This document shows, piece by piece, positions 43,037 to 53,457 of a stretch of DNA of 64,000 nt. Every line of letters begins with the position of its first letter. Positions within the stretch are counted from its first letter, which is position 1. This DNA is from an uncultured Chthonomonadaceae bacterium (GTDB lineage Bacteria; Armatimonadota; Chthonomonadetes; Chthonomonadales; Chthonomonadaceae). Both the position numbers and the translations under genes were made by a program. Under the pieces are notes generated by a model. That model was not told the origin of the DNA. It did no database searches and saw only the letters and a program-made list of their open reading frames with translations. The stretch spans positions 192,001-256,000 of the forward strand of contig CAWIEK010000053.1 in assembly GCA_963835065.1 (NCBI GenBank), read 5' to 3'.

Positions 43037-44433
43037 TGGTTTGCCCCTCCCACATTGCCCGAAGCGTTGAGTTCCGACCATGCGCCGCTGAAACCGAAGT
43101 ATTCAACCGGCGTCTCGAAATAACCGCTTTGCCCGATGATGTTCGTCGTGGCTCCAATGTTGATAATCTTGGTAGTGACCTGGCCTCGGAAATCTACATC
43201 GGGGCCAATGTTGACCTGGCCGACCGTATAGGTTTTGCCTTTGTAGACATAGCTGTCAAAGTCGTAAATGCCCATATCCACTTCCGTGCTGTTCGCCACG
43301 CCGGGGATAGGGTCCGCCGCGTTAACAACGATAGCGCCGACGGAAGACGTAAACATTCTTACTTTGTTATCCGTAACGTTGTCGGCGCTTTGCAGCGAGT
43401 GACCGCCGCGCATGTGGATGCCCGCTCCCGACAGGTTCAGATAGTAGATGTTGATGGGTCCCTTGGTGTTGTCAAAGATCAGGTCGCTATGGCCGTCCAT
43501 GTTGATGTCGGTCAGGTAGTAATTTGCGCCGCCGGGCTTGCCTACCAGCGTCACCGTTTGATGGCCGGTCGTGTTCAACGCATACTTGTCCGAAGAGATT
43601 GCTTTGGGCGGGGGAGTGCCCGGAGGAGTAGGGTTGTCGGGATCGTTCTTAACAGCCAAATCGTTGTCGTTATGCGCCTTGATGTAATCGGAACCTCCGG
43701 GATATTTGGCGTTCACCATATCCGTCACTCCCTGCAGGGGAAGCGGCTTGGGGTTACTGACCATCTTGTAACCATCATAGTCCGGGCCGGTCGGCGCTGA
43801 AGTGCCATTGAATACCATACTGTTGATCTGTGGCTTCACGCTCAACCCGGAAGTGATGGACTGTACGCCGTTCGTACCGGAAATACCATTTACGACAATG
43901 CCATTGTCCGTGAAATTGGTGGAACTGCTGGAATACAGCGTATAAAACGTGCTGTAAGGCTGGGCATTGATGCGAACCGAGCGCCGGGCGGAAGTGTTGT
44001 TTGCGGCAGGTACGGTCCCCGTACAGGTGATTGTAAACTTCGTGGTGTTGGCATTGACCGGTCCACCGCCTGGCGCGGCAACCGTTACGGTAAAGGTTCC
44101 CGGCAGGCCGGGGGCGATATACGTAGACGCGCTGTAGTTAATATCCCCATAATCCGCGCTTGTAATGCCACTGTTCGTCAGTTTATACAATTCCCAGTTG
44201 ACACCGGCTTCGGCAAGGTCGAGCGCGTCCGAAGAAGCCGCTTGCACATTGGCAAGGCTGTAGTGAGAAATCGTCAGCGTCCCTATGCCGGCAAGGGCCA
44301 GGGCAATAATGACGGTGAAAACCAGAGCCGTAATCAGCGCGCTGCCTTCAGGGGCAGACGCGACAAAGCCGCGACGCAAGCGCCGACAGCGAGGGGAGTA
44401 ACGATTAACTTGGGTGACAGGTTCCACTTGCAT
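43033..44433 (-). CDS. PilX-like minor pilin with beta-rich C-terminal domain
   Basis: GSALITALV, ALDLAEAGV, ITCTG. Confidence 0.8.
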   Translation of the reverse strand: MQVEPVTQVNRYSPRCRRLRRGFVASAPEGSALITALVFTVIIALALAGIGTLTISHYSLANVQAASSDALDLAEAGVNWELYKLTNSGITSADYGDINYSASTYIAPGLPGTFTVTVAAPGGGPVNANTTKFTITCTGTVPAANNTSARRSVRINAQPYSTFYTLYSSSSTNFTDNGIVVNGISGTNGVQSITSGLSVKPQINSMVFNGTSAPTGPDYDGYKMVSNPKPLPLQGVTDMVNAKYPGGSDYIKAHNDNDLAVKNDPDNPTPPGTPPPKAISSDKYALNTTGHQTVTLVGKPGGANYYLTDINMDGHSDLIFDNTKGPINIYYLNLSGAGIHMRGGHSLQSADNVTDNKVRMFTSSVGAIVVNAADPIPGVANSTEVDMGIYDFDSYVYKGKTYTVGQVNIGPDVDFRGQVTTKIINIGATTNIIGQSGYFETPVEYFGFSGAWSELNASGNVGGANQ

Positions 44434-44525
44434 TGAATTTTCCCGCTTCCTGACAGGGAAAGCGCCTGCGGTATCGTCAATGTGTTGAACACACAGCGAC
44501 ACCGCAGACGGTGGCACAACCACGC

Positions 44526-44918
44526 TTAGTTGTGGTCTACGCCCGGCTCGAATGTGCCGGCGTTCGTATCAGAACATTGGACAAGGAATGACCCTGCAAT
44601 CGTGCCGGTTTGGATGGTATAGGTCTCGCCGCTCGGTCCCATGATGTCGCCTTGCAGGTCGGGCAGCAGCGTCTTATTGGCTGTCTGGCCGATAAATTCG
44701 CTATAGTCCGCGGCACCATTTTTCACGTGTGCGGCCTGTACCGCGTTGGCGATGGTCTGCATGTTGGCGCGGTTTGTCTTCCGGCGGCTGTCGGCAACCG
44801 CGCTGAGGTAGAGCGGCAGGGCGACGGCCATCAAGATGGACAGGATCAGGGTGACGACGAGCAGTTCGACGAGCGTGAAGCCGCGAACACGGCGGCGAAC
44901 GGAAGTGGTGTGAACCAT
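44526..44918 (-). CDS. Type IV pilin, copy B
   Basis: RGFTLVELLVV; AGGAG RBS. Confidence 0.92.
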   Translation of the reverse strand: MVHTTSVRRRVRGFTLVELLVVTLILSILMAVALPLYLSAVADSRRKTNRANMQTIANAVQAAHVKNGAADYSEFIGQTANKTLLPDLQGDIMGPSGETYTIQTGTIAGSFLVQCSDTNAGTFEPGVDHN

Positions 44919-45161
44919 TGTAACTGAACTCCTGACAGGCAATACGCAACTTTCGCGCACATTCCTGTACGGGTGATGGCTTCCATGCCTTAACGCAAAA
45001 CTTCTATGCTCTTGCGCCGATACCATGCCATCCTTTGCAACTATGAAAAGCCTGTTTCGATTTTGTTTCAAACTTGTACAGAACTTGGTTTTGGGGGAGC
45101 GCCTGCGGCATTGCCGCGTATAGACTACGCGACGCTGCCGCAGACGGTGGCACAACCACGC

Positions 45162-45554
45162 TTAGTTGTGGTCTACGCCCGGCTCGAATGTGCCGGCGTT
45201 CGTATCAGAGCATTGCACTTTGAACGAACCCGCAATCGTGCCGGTTTGGATGGTATAGGTCTCGCCGCTCGGTCCCATGATGTCGCCTTGCAGGTCGGGC
45301 AGCAGCGTCTTATTGGCCGTCTGGCCGATAAATTCGCTATAGTCCGCTTTGCCATCTTTAACATGTGCGGCCTGTACCGCGTTGGCGATGGTCTGCATGT
45401 TGGCGCGGTTTGTCTTCCGGCGGCTGTCGGCAACCGCGCTGAGGTAGAGCGGCAGGGCGACGGCCATCAAGATGGACAGGATCAGGGTGACGACGAGCAG
45501 TTCGACGAGCGTGAAGCCGCGAACACGGCGGCGAACGGAAGTGGTGTGAACCAT
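45162..45554 (-). CDS. Type IV pilin, copy A
   Basis: RGFTLVELLVV; differs from copy B at 3 residues. Confidence 0.92.
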   Translation of the reverse strand: MVHTTSVRRRVRGFTLVELLVVTLILSILMAVALPLYLSAVADSRRKTNRANMQTIANAVQAAHVKDGKADYSEFIGQTANKTLLPDLQGDIMGPSGETYTIQTGTIAGSFKVQCSDTNAGTFEPGVDHN

Positions 45555-45967
45555 TGTAACTGAACTCCTTAAGTCCGTGGTTTCCGGCTGCCAGGCCGGG
45601 AAGTGAATTGGGTTGAACCTTGGCAATGCGCTCGCGTCAGGTCCTCATGAAAGCCTGCGCGAAACGCGGGAGTGATGGTACGCCGAAGCGCAGGAAAAAG
45701 GAGCATTATCTGCTCACAATTCAGACACGGCTGCCGTCAGCGGATGGAACTTTGGCAGGTTGGGTTTGCGCGCTTTCAGAACCGGTATGCGCGTAAAAGC
45801 AGGTTCGGCTTTCGCTGTGGCCTGATTTACCCTGATACCGTCCCGAACGCGGCAAACGAGATCGCTATTATTCGGCTTCATGACCGAGGGTTCACGGCGC
45901 GCAACGGCAACGTTCCAGGTGAGGAGAACCGTTATGTTCGCGCCGAGCTATCTCCCACATACTGCGC

Positions 45968-47185
45968 CTAGCTGCGCAGAACCTGCGTGAGAGAAAAGAT
46001 GGGCATGTAGAGAGCCAGCAGAATGAAGAGGACGAGAACGCCCACAACAATCGTCATCAATGGCTCCATCAATTTGGTCAATTTTTCAACCGTATATTGA
46101 ATATCACGGTTATAAAACGCGGTAATTTCACTGAGCATTTCATCTATGTTACCGGATTGCTCACCTGCCGCGATCAAGCGCGTCACCATCAGGGGAAATT
46201 CATTGGTCGCTTCCAGGGGTTTCGCCAGGCCGGCTCCCTGCTGCACCTGCTCCGCCACCTTCATAACCGCTTCCTGAATGATGACGTTGCCGCTGGTATT
46301 GGCGGAAACCGCCAGCGAACGCAGAATGGGAACGCCCGCCGCGCTCATACCCGCGAAAGTTTGGCAGAACCGCGCAATCGCGATCTTCCTGTTAAGTTTC
46401 CCAAGTAAGGGCAGTTTCAGTTTCAGCCGATCATAAATGTGGCGTCCCCGCGGAGTTTTGATAATGCGCCGCAGGATGTACAGGGAAATGCCAAGCCCTA
46501 CCAGCACCCAGAACCAGTAATGCACCACAATCGCGCTGACTTTCACCAGCATCAGCGTAATGAAAGGCAGGGGGGCGTGAAACTGCTCGTACACTTTGGC
46601 GAACACGGGCACGATAGCCGTCAGCATGAACGCCACGACGCCGACAGCCACCACAATAACCAGGATGGGATAGGTCATGGCCGCCTTGACCTTCTCCCGC
46701 AAATCGGCTTCCTGATTGAACTGAACGGCGGCGGTTTCCAGCGTCTTGTCCAGCAGGCCGCCCGTTTCGCCCGCCTGCACCAGCGCGACATACATTTCGT
46801 TGAACACGTCCGGGTGCTTGCGCATCGCGTCGGCAAGCGTGCTGCCGGACAGCACATCCTTGCGCACCGCGTCCAAAGTGGCGGTCAGGGTCGGGTTTTC
46901 GGACTGCCCCGCAACGGAATACAGACACTCCGTAATGTTAAGCCCGGCGCGCACCAGCGTGGCAAGCTGGCGGCTCATCACCACCATGTCGCCCAATTTC
47001 ACGCGCTTACGCCGGAACAGGGACGAGGGTTCGTCATCCTCCAGGCCGGACTGTTCGCGGGCATCGGTGACAAATAAATTTTTTTCGCGCAGTTGACCGC
47101 GCAGGTCGCCAAGATTGCCGGCGCTCTGAACGCCGGTTATCAATTCCCCGCTGCGGTCGCGGGCGGTGTAGGTAAACGTGGGCAT
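45968..47185 (-). CDS. pilC: T4P/T2SS inner-membrane platform protein
   Basis: SRQLATLVRAG, AGETGG.L, AMTYP, AGEQSG, LMEP. Confidence 0.93.
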   Translation of the reverse strand: MPTFTYTARDRSGELITGVQSAGNLGDLRGQLREKNLFVTDAREQSGLEDDEPSSLFRRKRVKLGDMVVMSRQLATLVRAGLNITECLYSVAGQSENPTLTATLDAVRKDVLSGSTLADAMRKHPDVFNEMYVALVQAGETGGLLDKTLETAAVQFNQEADLREKVKAAMTYPILVIVVAVGVVAFMLTAIVPVFAKVYEQFHAPLPFITLMLVKVSAIVVHYWFWVLVGLGISLYILRRIIKTPRGRHIYDRLKLKLPLLGKLNRKIAIARFCQTFAGMSAAGVPILRSLAVSANTSGNVIIQEAVMKVAEQVQQGAGLAKPLEATNEFPLMVTRLIAAGEQSGNIDEMLSEITAFYNRDIQYTVEKLTKLMEPLMTIVVGVLVLFILLALYMPIFSLTQVLRS

Positions 47186-47317
47186 TGCGTTGTCTCTCTC
47201 GTACTCGCGCCGTCTTGCGCCTTCAAGGGCGGAAGCGTACAGGGTTCACCACTATAATAGCCGTAAAACCACGTAAAAATACGTATTATGGCAATTTTAC
47301 CCTAAAATTGTCAAAAT

Positions 47318-49027
47318 TTAATCCTCAAGATATAGAACGCGCAGCATTTCTTCTGGCGTCGTCACTTCATCCACCACTTTGCGCAGGGCGGATTGGCGCA
47401 GAGTCACCATGCCATCGGCAACGGCCTGCGCTTTCAACTGCGAACCGGACGCACCCTGCAAAATCAGGTCGCGCAGGCCGTCCGTCATGGTCATCAGCTC
47501 ATACACGGCGGTACGGCCCTTCATGCCTCTGCCGTTGCATTTGACGCAGCCCCTGCCCCGCGCCACAATGGGCGGGCGTCCATCGTCCGGGCACATGCCC
47601 AGGGACTGCGCCGCCGCGGAACTGACAAGATGCGCTTCCTTGCAATAGGGGCAAACCTGCCTTAGCAAGCGCTGCGCCACAACCCCGATAATGGCCGAAG
47701 AAATGAGAAACGGCTCCACGCCCATATTTTGCAGGCGAACGACCGCGCCGGGCGCGTCGTTGGTGTGCAGGGTGGAAAGCACCAGGTGGCCGGTGAGGGC
47801 GGCCTGCACCGCGATTTCCGCTGTTTCCTGATCGCGGATTTCGCCTACCATAATCACGTCGGGGTCCTGGCGCACCAGGGTGCGCAGGCCGGAAGCGAAC
47901 GTCACGCCGATCTTGGGATTGACCTGCATCTGATTGACGCCGGGCAGATGATACTCTACCGGGTCTTCAATCGTGTTAATGTTGCGGGTCATGTCGTTGA
48001 TTTCATTCAGCGCGGCAAACAGCGTGGTTGATTTTCCCGAACCGGTGGGGCCTGTTACCAGAAGTATTCCATGTGGCTGCTGAATAAACCCCTTAAAAAT
48101 TTGCTGTTGTTCGGGGTAAAAGCCCAAAGAATTCAGGCCGGAAAACGCGCCGGATTTAGAAAGCACCCGCATGACGATCTTCTCGCCATGCACGAGGGGT
48201 ATGATACTGACCCGGAAATCGTAACCCTTGCCGTTGTCGTCACTGGCGACGAAGCGCCCGTCCTGCGGGCGGCGACGCTCGGCAATATCCATCCGCGCCA
48301 TGATTTTGATACGCGATACCACCGCGGCGAGATGGTGCAAAGGAAACGTCATTTGCTCATGCAGCAGCCCGTCCTGGCGGAAGCGGACACGGACGCTATG
48401 CTCCTGTGGCTCGATATGAATATCGCTTGCCCCGGAGTTGGTGGCGGCATGAATGATATTGTTCACCAGCCGCACAATGGGCGCGTCTTCCGCAAGGCCA
48501 ACCAGGTCATCTTCGCTAAGATGCGACTGCCCCTGCGCAATGTCGGTCATTTCATCCAGAACCGACTGCGTTTTCACGCGCACATCGTACACGCGGTTGA
48601 TGGCGTCCAGCAAATCGTTGCGCAGCGCCAGATGCGGCTCAATGTGGCGGCGCAGGCGTACGCGCAGATCATCAACCGTCACGACATCGAGCGGGTCGGA
48701 CATTGCCACATGAACCGCGTTGTCGGCATCCGCAAACGGCAGCAGCACTTTACGCCGCGCGATTTCTTCAGGAACCAACTGGGCGAGGGTCGGGTCTACG
48801 ACGGTTTCCGTGATGTCTATAAAGGGAAAACCGAGCGCCCGCTCCAGATAGTGTCCGACGATAGCCGCCGCGACAAATCCCTGCGCGACCAGGGCTTCTC
48901 CGAAAAGCAGATTGGTATGACGCTGATAGGCCAGCGTTTGCTCCACCTGCGCTTCGTCAATGATGCCGTCTGTCTTCATGCGCTCGCCGAGAAGCGCGCT
49001 GGCCCGATTAGTTAGTGTAATGGTCAT
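47318..49027 (-). CDS. pilB: PilB/GspE assembly ATPase
   Basis: ASDIHIEP, GPTGSGKSTT, RQDPDVIMVGEIRD, STLHTND, tetra-Cys motif. Confidence 0.94.
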   Translation of the reverse strand: MTITLTNRASALLGERMKTDGIIDEAQVEQTLAYQRHTNLLFGEALVAQGFVAAAIVGHYLERALGFPFIDITETVVDPTLAQLVPEEIARRKVLLPFADADNAVHVAMSDPLDVVTVDDLRVRLRRHIEPHLALRNDLLDAINRVYDVRVKTQSVLDEMTDIAQGQSHLSEDDLVGLAEDAPIVRLVNNIIHAATNSGASDIHIEPQEHSVRVRFRQDGLLHEQMTFPLHHLAAVVSRIKIMARMDIAERRRPQDGRFVASDDNGKGYDFRVSIIPLVHGEKIVMRVLSKSGAFSGLNSLGFYPEQQQIFKGFIQQPHGILLVTGPTGSGKSTTLFAALNEINDMTRNINTIEDPVEYHLPGVNQMQVNPKIGVTFASGLRTLVRQDPDVIMVGEIRDQETAEIAVQAALTGHLVLSTLHTNDAPGAVVRLQNMGVEPFLISSAIIGVVAQRLLRQVCPYCKEAHLVSSAAAQSLGMCPDDGRPPIVARGRGCVKCNGRGMKGRTAVYELMTMTDGLRDLILQGASGSQLKAQAVADGMVTLRQSALRKVVDEVTTPEEMLRVLYLED

Positions 49028-49502
49028 AATGAACGGTATTAAAATTCGCTTGCTCGCTTGTCGCGCAAGAGTTGAATGTTACAGGGACACACGGCGGGGT
49101 GTGGCGGATATTGGAAAGATAAGGTCTGGGTTGAGTTAGGCCAGCATCAAGACCGGCACGGATTGATTTCCGGGGAGTTTGCGAAAACTCTTTGGAATAT
49201 TGGACGGAAGAGGTGAAATTCGCGTGGGAACAGCAGAACGCTTATTTCACGAAAATTGTCTTACCGGAAGCGATATTTACAGTGTTCGCTTTGTCGGCAA
49301 ATCAGGCGGAGGGGGTTCCGTTGATTTGCTGGAAGGCTATGCGCCTGTTCCTCGTTATTTTACTTCTTTCACTTGACGAAGAAACATGACGAATGTTCCC
49401 GCATTTTTACGTGACAGAGAGAGTATAACACGCTTTTTCAAAAACGCGCAAATGAGTTTCTCTCATTTTTGAAGAATTTGCCGGGCAGGAGCCACAAAAA
49501 AT

Positions 49503-49541
49503 ATCCCGTTGTCTGACAATGGTATTGTCGGACAACGGGAT
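49503..49541. terminator. Hairpin downstream of the PEP-CTERM gene
   Basis: ATCCCGTTGTCTGACAAT...ATTGTCGGACAACGGGAT. Confidence 0.6.
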
Positions 49542-49648
49542 GCGGCCCAATTTGGGCAGGATTACAAGTTTTCTCACTTACAGGCACAGGCGTTCGTTGC
49601 TGTTACAAGCGACAAACGCTTCCATTTATTTGTGAGCGCGGCGGCGTC

Positions 49649-50458
49649 TTATTTGCGAACGCGGCGGCGCGCAGCCAGCAGGCCGAGCGGCAGGGTGGAA
49701 GCGGCCATCAGCGCCAGTGCGCCGGGTTCGGGAACGGGTGACGTGAGTTTGAAGCGCAACCCGCCCACCGCGAAATCATTGGGCGTATTGTTTACCACAA
49801 GCGGCGCCGGCAGTGGAAGTGGCTCGGCAACGCCAAAAATCAGCAGTGACGTAATCTTATTGCCACTCGTATCCCGGACGCCAAAGAAAGGGGCCGATCC
49901 ATCTCCCTGTCCGAAATTAACCACACCGAGCTGTGTGAAATCCGTAGACGCGCTGCCTTCAAACACGCGGAACGTGAAATCCGTTGGGGCAAGGCTCTGG
50001 GTCGGATCAAAGTTGAAGCCGAATGCGCTGACAGGACCGGCGAACGTAATCAACATCCCGTCTGCGGGAGCAGACGACGCACTACTTACCACATTGCGTA
50101 CCAGGGGAGTCGCATTAGCAAAATCGCCTCCGAAGGTATTATTTGTGGGACCGCCTGCGCCCTGCTGGTTGCGGCGAACCAGATATTTGTTGACAAGATC
50201 GCCGTTGTCGGTAATACTCAACGTCTGCGTTCCTACGGATGTTTGATACAGAGTGTAAGCCGTAGGCGGATTGCCGATGATTGGCACGGAGGTTGGCGAC
50301 AGCGCGTTAAAATCGGCTTCGGTGGGCTGGCCTACGTCGCCGTAAGCCGTCAGTTGGGCTTGTGCAGGGGCAGTCGCCAGCATGGCGGCGCATGCGCCGA
50401 AAGCGAACAAGATGGCTTTTGCATTGCGGAGGGCATGGAACGGAGCGTGTGTTGTCAT
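49649..50458 (-). CDS. PEP-CTERM sorting-domain surface protein
   Basis: Signal peptide (AQA), C-terminal VPEPG, TM, RRRVRK. Confidence 0.9.
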   Translation of the reverse strand: MTTHAPFHALRNAKAILFAFGACAAMLATAPAQAQLTAYGDVGQPTEADFNALSPTSVPIIGNPPTAYTLYQTSVGTQTLSITDNGDLVNKYLVRRNQQGAGGPTNNTFGGDFANATPLVRNVVSSASSAPADGMLITFAGPVSAFGFNFDPTQSLAPTDFTFRVFEGSASTDFTQLGVVNFGQGDGSAPFFGVRDTSGNKITSLLIFGVAEPLPLPAPLVVNNTPNDFAVGGLRFKLTSPVPEPGALALMAASTLPLGLLAARRRVRK

Positions 50459-50604
50459 TTCGGCGTGTTCCCTCTCTGGGGTTAAGTACATTGACTGTTC
50501 GGCGGTACAGTCAGGCAAAAATGGCGGCAGGGTTTAAGGGACGTCGCTGATCGCAGCGAAGAAGGCGAAAAATAATTGGTTTGCGCGCCTCTATGAAAGA
50601 GTAT

Positions 50605-50622
50605 TGCATAAAACGTGCCAAA
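50605..50622 (-). promoter_or_regulatory. Sigma54 (-24/-12) promoter of the PEP-CTERM gene
   Basis: TTTGGCACGTTTTATGCA on the minus strand. Confidence 0.75.
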
Positions 50623-50787
50623 CTCTCCGATTCCAGCAAAATTTTCTTTTTCCTAGCAAAAATACTACTATTTGCTTAATTTCAGCGCACAGCTTCATTA
50701 CGCAAAATAAATACCCCTCTCCCGGCAATGTAGGATTGTTGCCGGGAAATGGGTGTTTATAAAGGAACATCCGCTGCGAGGTTCTGC

Positions 50788-53229
50788 CTAATTGTTGCGG
50801 CGGAAGCGTCGGCTGGCGTCTTCCGGGCGGTTGTCCGGGCGATGGGGCCGGAAGGTGGAGCGGGTGAAGCGCTCGTCCCGTCCGCCGAACCGGTTGTCGC
50901 GGTTGTTGTCCTGGCCTCGATTGTCGCGCCCGTAACCGTTGTCACGGTTGTCGCGGGGGTTTTGGTCGTCGCGATTGAACGGACGGTTTTGCCCGCCGGG
51001 GAACGCCTCCCCACCCTCGCCATCCTCGCGGCGCGGGCGGGCAATGTCCACATACACGCGCTTGCCGCGCAGTTTGGTGCGGTTGAGCATGTCCATGACG
51101 CGGGCGGCGTCTGCTTCAGGCACTTCCACAAACGTGCTGCGATCCATGATGTCAATCGCGCCGATGGCATTGCCGGGTACGCCCGCTTCGTTGGCAATCG
51201 CGCCCACGATGTCGCCGGGACGCACACCGTCCTGCCGTCCGATTTGCAGGAACAGGCGGGTCATGCCGGACTCGGTGCGCTCCTGCGCCACGTCCACTTC
51301 GGTCACGTCGTAATCCGACGCGCCCTTTTGCGCCTGCCACAGCATTTGCAGCGCGGCTCCCGCGATCTGCGAAGCGTCCCACTTGCCTTCTTCGGTCAGT
51401 TCCTCGACCGTCATCAGGAAGCCGTCCACATTTCCGGCATTGAGCGTTTCGCGGACTTTTTCCTTGAACATTTCGCGTCGCCGCGTGGCAATATCGGCGG
51501 CGGTCGGAACGCGGGCAGGCTTGATGGGCGCGTTGATAAAGCGCTCGATCAGCTTCAGTTGCCGGCGTTCGCGGGGCGCAATCAGGGTGATGGCGTTGCC
51601 GCTGCGTCCTGCGCGTCCCGTGCGCCCGATGCGGTGAATATAGGACTCTACATCCCACGGAATGTCGTAGTTGATGACGTGCGAAACGTGGTCAATGTCC
51701 AGCCCACGAGCGGCCACATCCGTAGCGATCAGCAGGTCGGCCTGTCCCGCCCGGAAGCGGTTCATCACGCGGTCACGGGCGGCCTGATTCATTTCGCCGT
51801 GCAGGGTTTCGGCCTCATAGCCGCGCAATTGCAGGGCTTCGCCCAACTCGTCCACTTCGCGGCGCGTCCGGCAGAACATGATGGTGCTGCCGGGCGATTC
51901 CATATCAAGGATACGCGCCAGCGCTTCCACTTTCTGCGAAGGAATCACTTCGTAATACGTCTGATTGACGAGGGCAACGGTGCGGTGCTTGCTTTCGATG
52001 GACACGCGCTGCGGGTTGTTCAGGTAATCGCGGGAAAGCGCGACAATGCGCGGCGGCATGGTGGCGGAAAACAGCGCGGTCTGCCGCTCTTTGGGCGCTT
52101 CCTTCAGGATTTCCTCAACGTCTTCCAGAAAGCCCATGTTGAGCATTTCATCGGCTTCGTCGAGTACGACCATGCGTATCTGGTTGAGCTTCAGCGTACC
52201 CCGCCGCAGGTGATCCAGAACGCGCCCCGGCGTTCCGACAACGATTTGCGGCCCACCCATCAGGGCGCGGAACTGGCGGTCAATCGGCTGCCCGCCATAC
52301 ACGGGCACAACGCGCATCCGCTTGTACTTGGTCAGGTTGTGTGTTTCCTGCGCCACCTGAATACACAGTTCGCGGGTGGGCAGCAGAATAATGGCCTGCA
52401 CATGGTTCTGTGTGGCGTCCAGCTTTTCGGCAAGCGGGAGGGCGAATGCGGCGGTTTTGCCGGTTCCCGTTTGCGCCTGCCCGATAAGGTCGTGACCGGC
52501 AAGCAGGATAGGAATGGACTGCGCCTGAATGGGCGTGGGCGCTTCAAACCCGGATTCGATAATGGCGCGCATTGTCGGTTCGCTCAGATTGAGGACGCGG
52601 AATGCGGCAGCCGGTTCGATGACAGGTTCAACGATTGGCTCGGCATCGGCTTCTGCAACGGGTTCCGCAATCGGCGCTGCAACGGCTTCAGCTTTCATCT
52701 TCGGTTTCGCAGCCGGCTCCGCTGTCATCTCAACAACCGGCTCGGCTTTGGCTTCAACAGACGCTTTGCCGGTGGTTTTGGCGGCGGATTTGGCAGCGGG
52801 CTTGCCGGCAGTCTCGGCGGCAGGCGGCGCGACAGCGTTGGTCGGCGCGACAGCATCCATCTTCGCTTCTGCGGCGGGTTCGCTGCTTGCCTTTGCGGTA
52901 GATTTTGTGGCGGATTTCGCCGTCGTTTTGCGGGCAGGCTTCGCGCCTGCTTCGGTCGTGAGTTCCTGCGCGGCCTCACTCTTAGTTTTTGCCGTGTCCG
53001 GCGCGACTTCCATAGCGGGAAGTTCGATTACTTTGGGTTCTGCAACTGGCATAAGTGTGTTTTCGGTACCTTCGTTCGTGTCGGCGCGCGCATCGGGCGC
53101 GGAAGCACGAGAGTTATCAGGGGTCGGCGTCAATGGTTCCGCCCCGGCGAGCGCCGTAGTCGGGGGCGGCGTGAGCGCGTCCTGAACATCGGCAACGGGT
53201 TTCTTTTTGCTGGCTTTGGCTGCGCTCAT
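50788..53229 (-). CDS. deaD: DEAD-box RNA helicase with DbpA-type C-terminal domain and long low-complexity N-terminus
   Basis: PTPIQ, GTGKT, PTREL, DEAD, SAT, HRIGRTGRAG, RPGDIVGAI. Confidence 0.93.
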   Translation of the reverse strand: MSAAKASKKKPVADVQDALTPPPTTALAGAEPLTPTPDNSRASAPDARADTNEGTENTLMPVAEPKVIELPAMEVAPDTAKTKSEAAQELTTEAGAKPARKTTAKSATKSTAKASSEPAAEAKMDAVAPTNAVAPPAAETAGKPAAKSAAKTTGKASVEAKAEPVVEMTAEPAAKPKMKAEAVAAPIAEPVAEADAEPIVEPVIEPAAAFRVLNLSEPTMRAIIESGFEAPTPIQAQSIPILLAGHDLIGQAQTGTGKTAAFALPLAEKLDATQNHVQAIILLPTRELCIQVAQETHNLTKYKRMRVVPVYGGQPIDRQFRALMGGPQIVVGTPGRVLDHLRRGTLKLNQIRMVVLDEADEMLNMGFLEDVEEILKEAPKERQTALFSATMPPRIVALSRDYLNNPQRVSIESKHRTVALVNQTYYEVIPSQKVEALARILDMESPGSTIMFCRTRREVDELGEALQLRGYEAETLHGEMNQAARDRVMNRFRAGQADLLIATDVAARGLDIDHVSHVINYDIPWDVESYIHRIGRTGRAGRSGNAITLIAPRERRQLKLIERFINAPIKPARVPTAADIATRRREMFKEKVRETLNAGNVDGFLMTVEELTEEGKWDASQIAGAALQMLWQAQKGASDYDVTEVDVAQERTESGMTRLFLQIGRQDGVRPGDIVGAIANEAGVPGNAIGAIDIMDRSTFVEVPEADAARVMDMLNRTKLRGKRVYVDIARPRREDGEGGEAFPGGQNRPFNRDDQNPRDNRDNGYGRDNRGQDNNRDNRFGGRDERFTRSTFRPHRPDNRPEDASRRFRRNN

Positions 53230-53457
53230 AAGTGTCGTAATCTCCTAACGTTACATTAAAGTATACCAGATAGGAGCGGTTCCATGTCGGGTTGTTTTTT
53301 GCACACGCTGTCATGGCAAGACAGCGTGTGCAACTATCTTCTTTTCGACACTCCGTAAGCCTTTGCTAAACACGCCAAAACGCGCCGCCTTGTGGAAGCA
53401 TAGACGGCGCGTGTTGCTTGTATAGCGAGTAAGAGACACTCTGTTGCCGCAAACATA

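Noticed and set aside
44526..45554. Pilin pair as a DGR template/variable repeat
   Set aside because: Differences are not adenine-restricted, both copies are full genes with an RBS, and no reverse transcriptase is present.
45555..45967. c-di-GMP or other riboswitch upstream of the pilins
   Set aside because: Long intergenic region, but I could not match the GEMM consensus by eye; an Rfam scan would decide.
50749..53259. Long antisense ORFs (also 4413-5957, 26901-28109, 34752-35915)
   Set aside because: Shadow frames of GC-rich real genes on the opposite strand.
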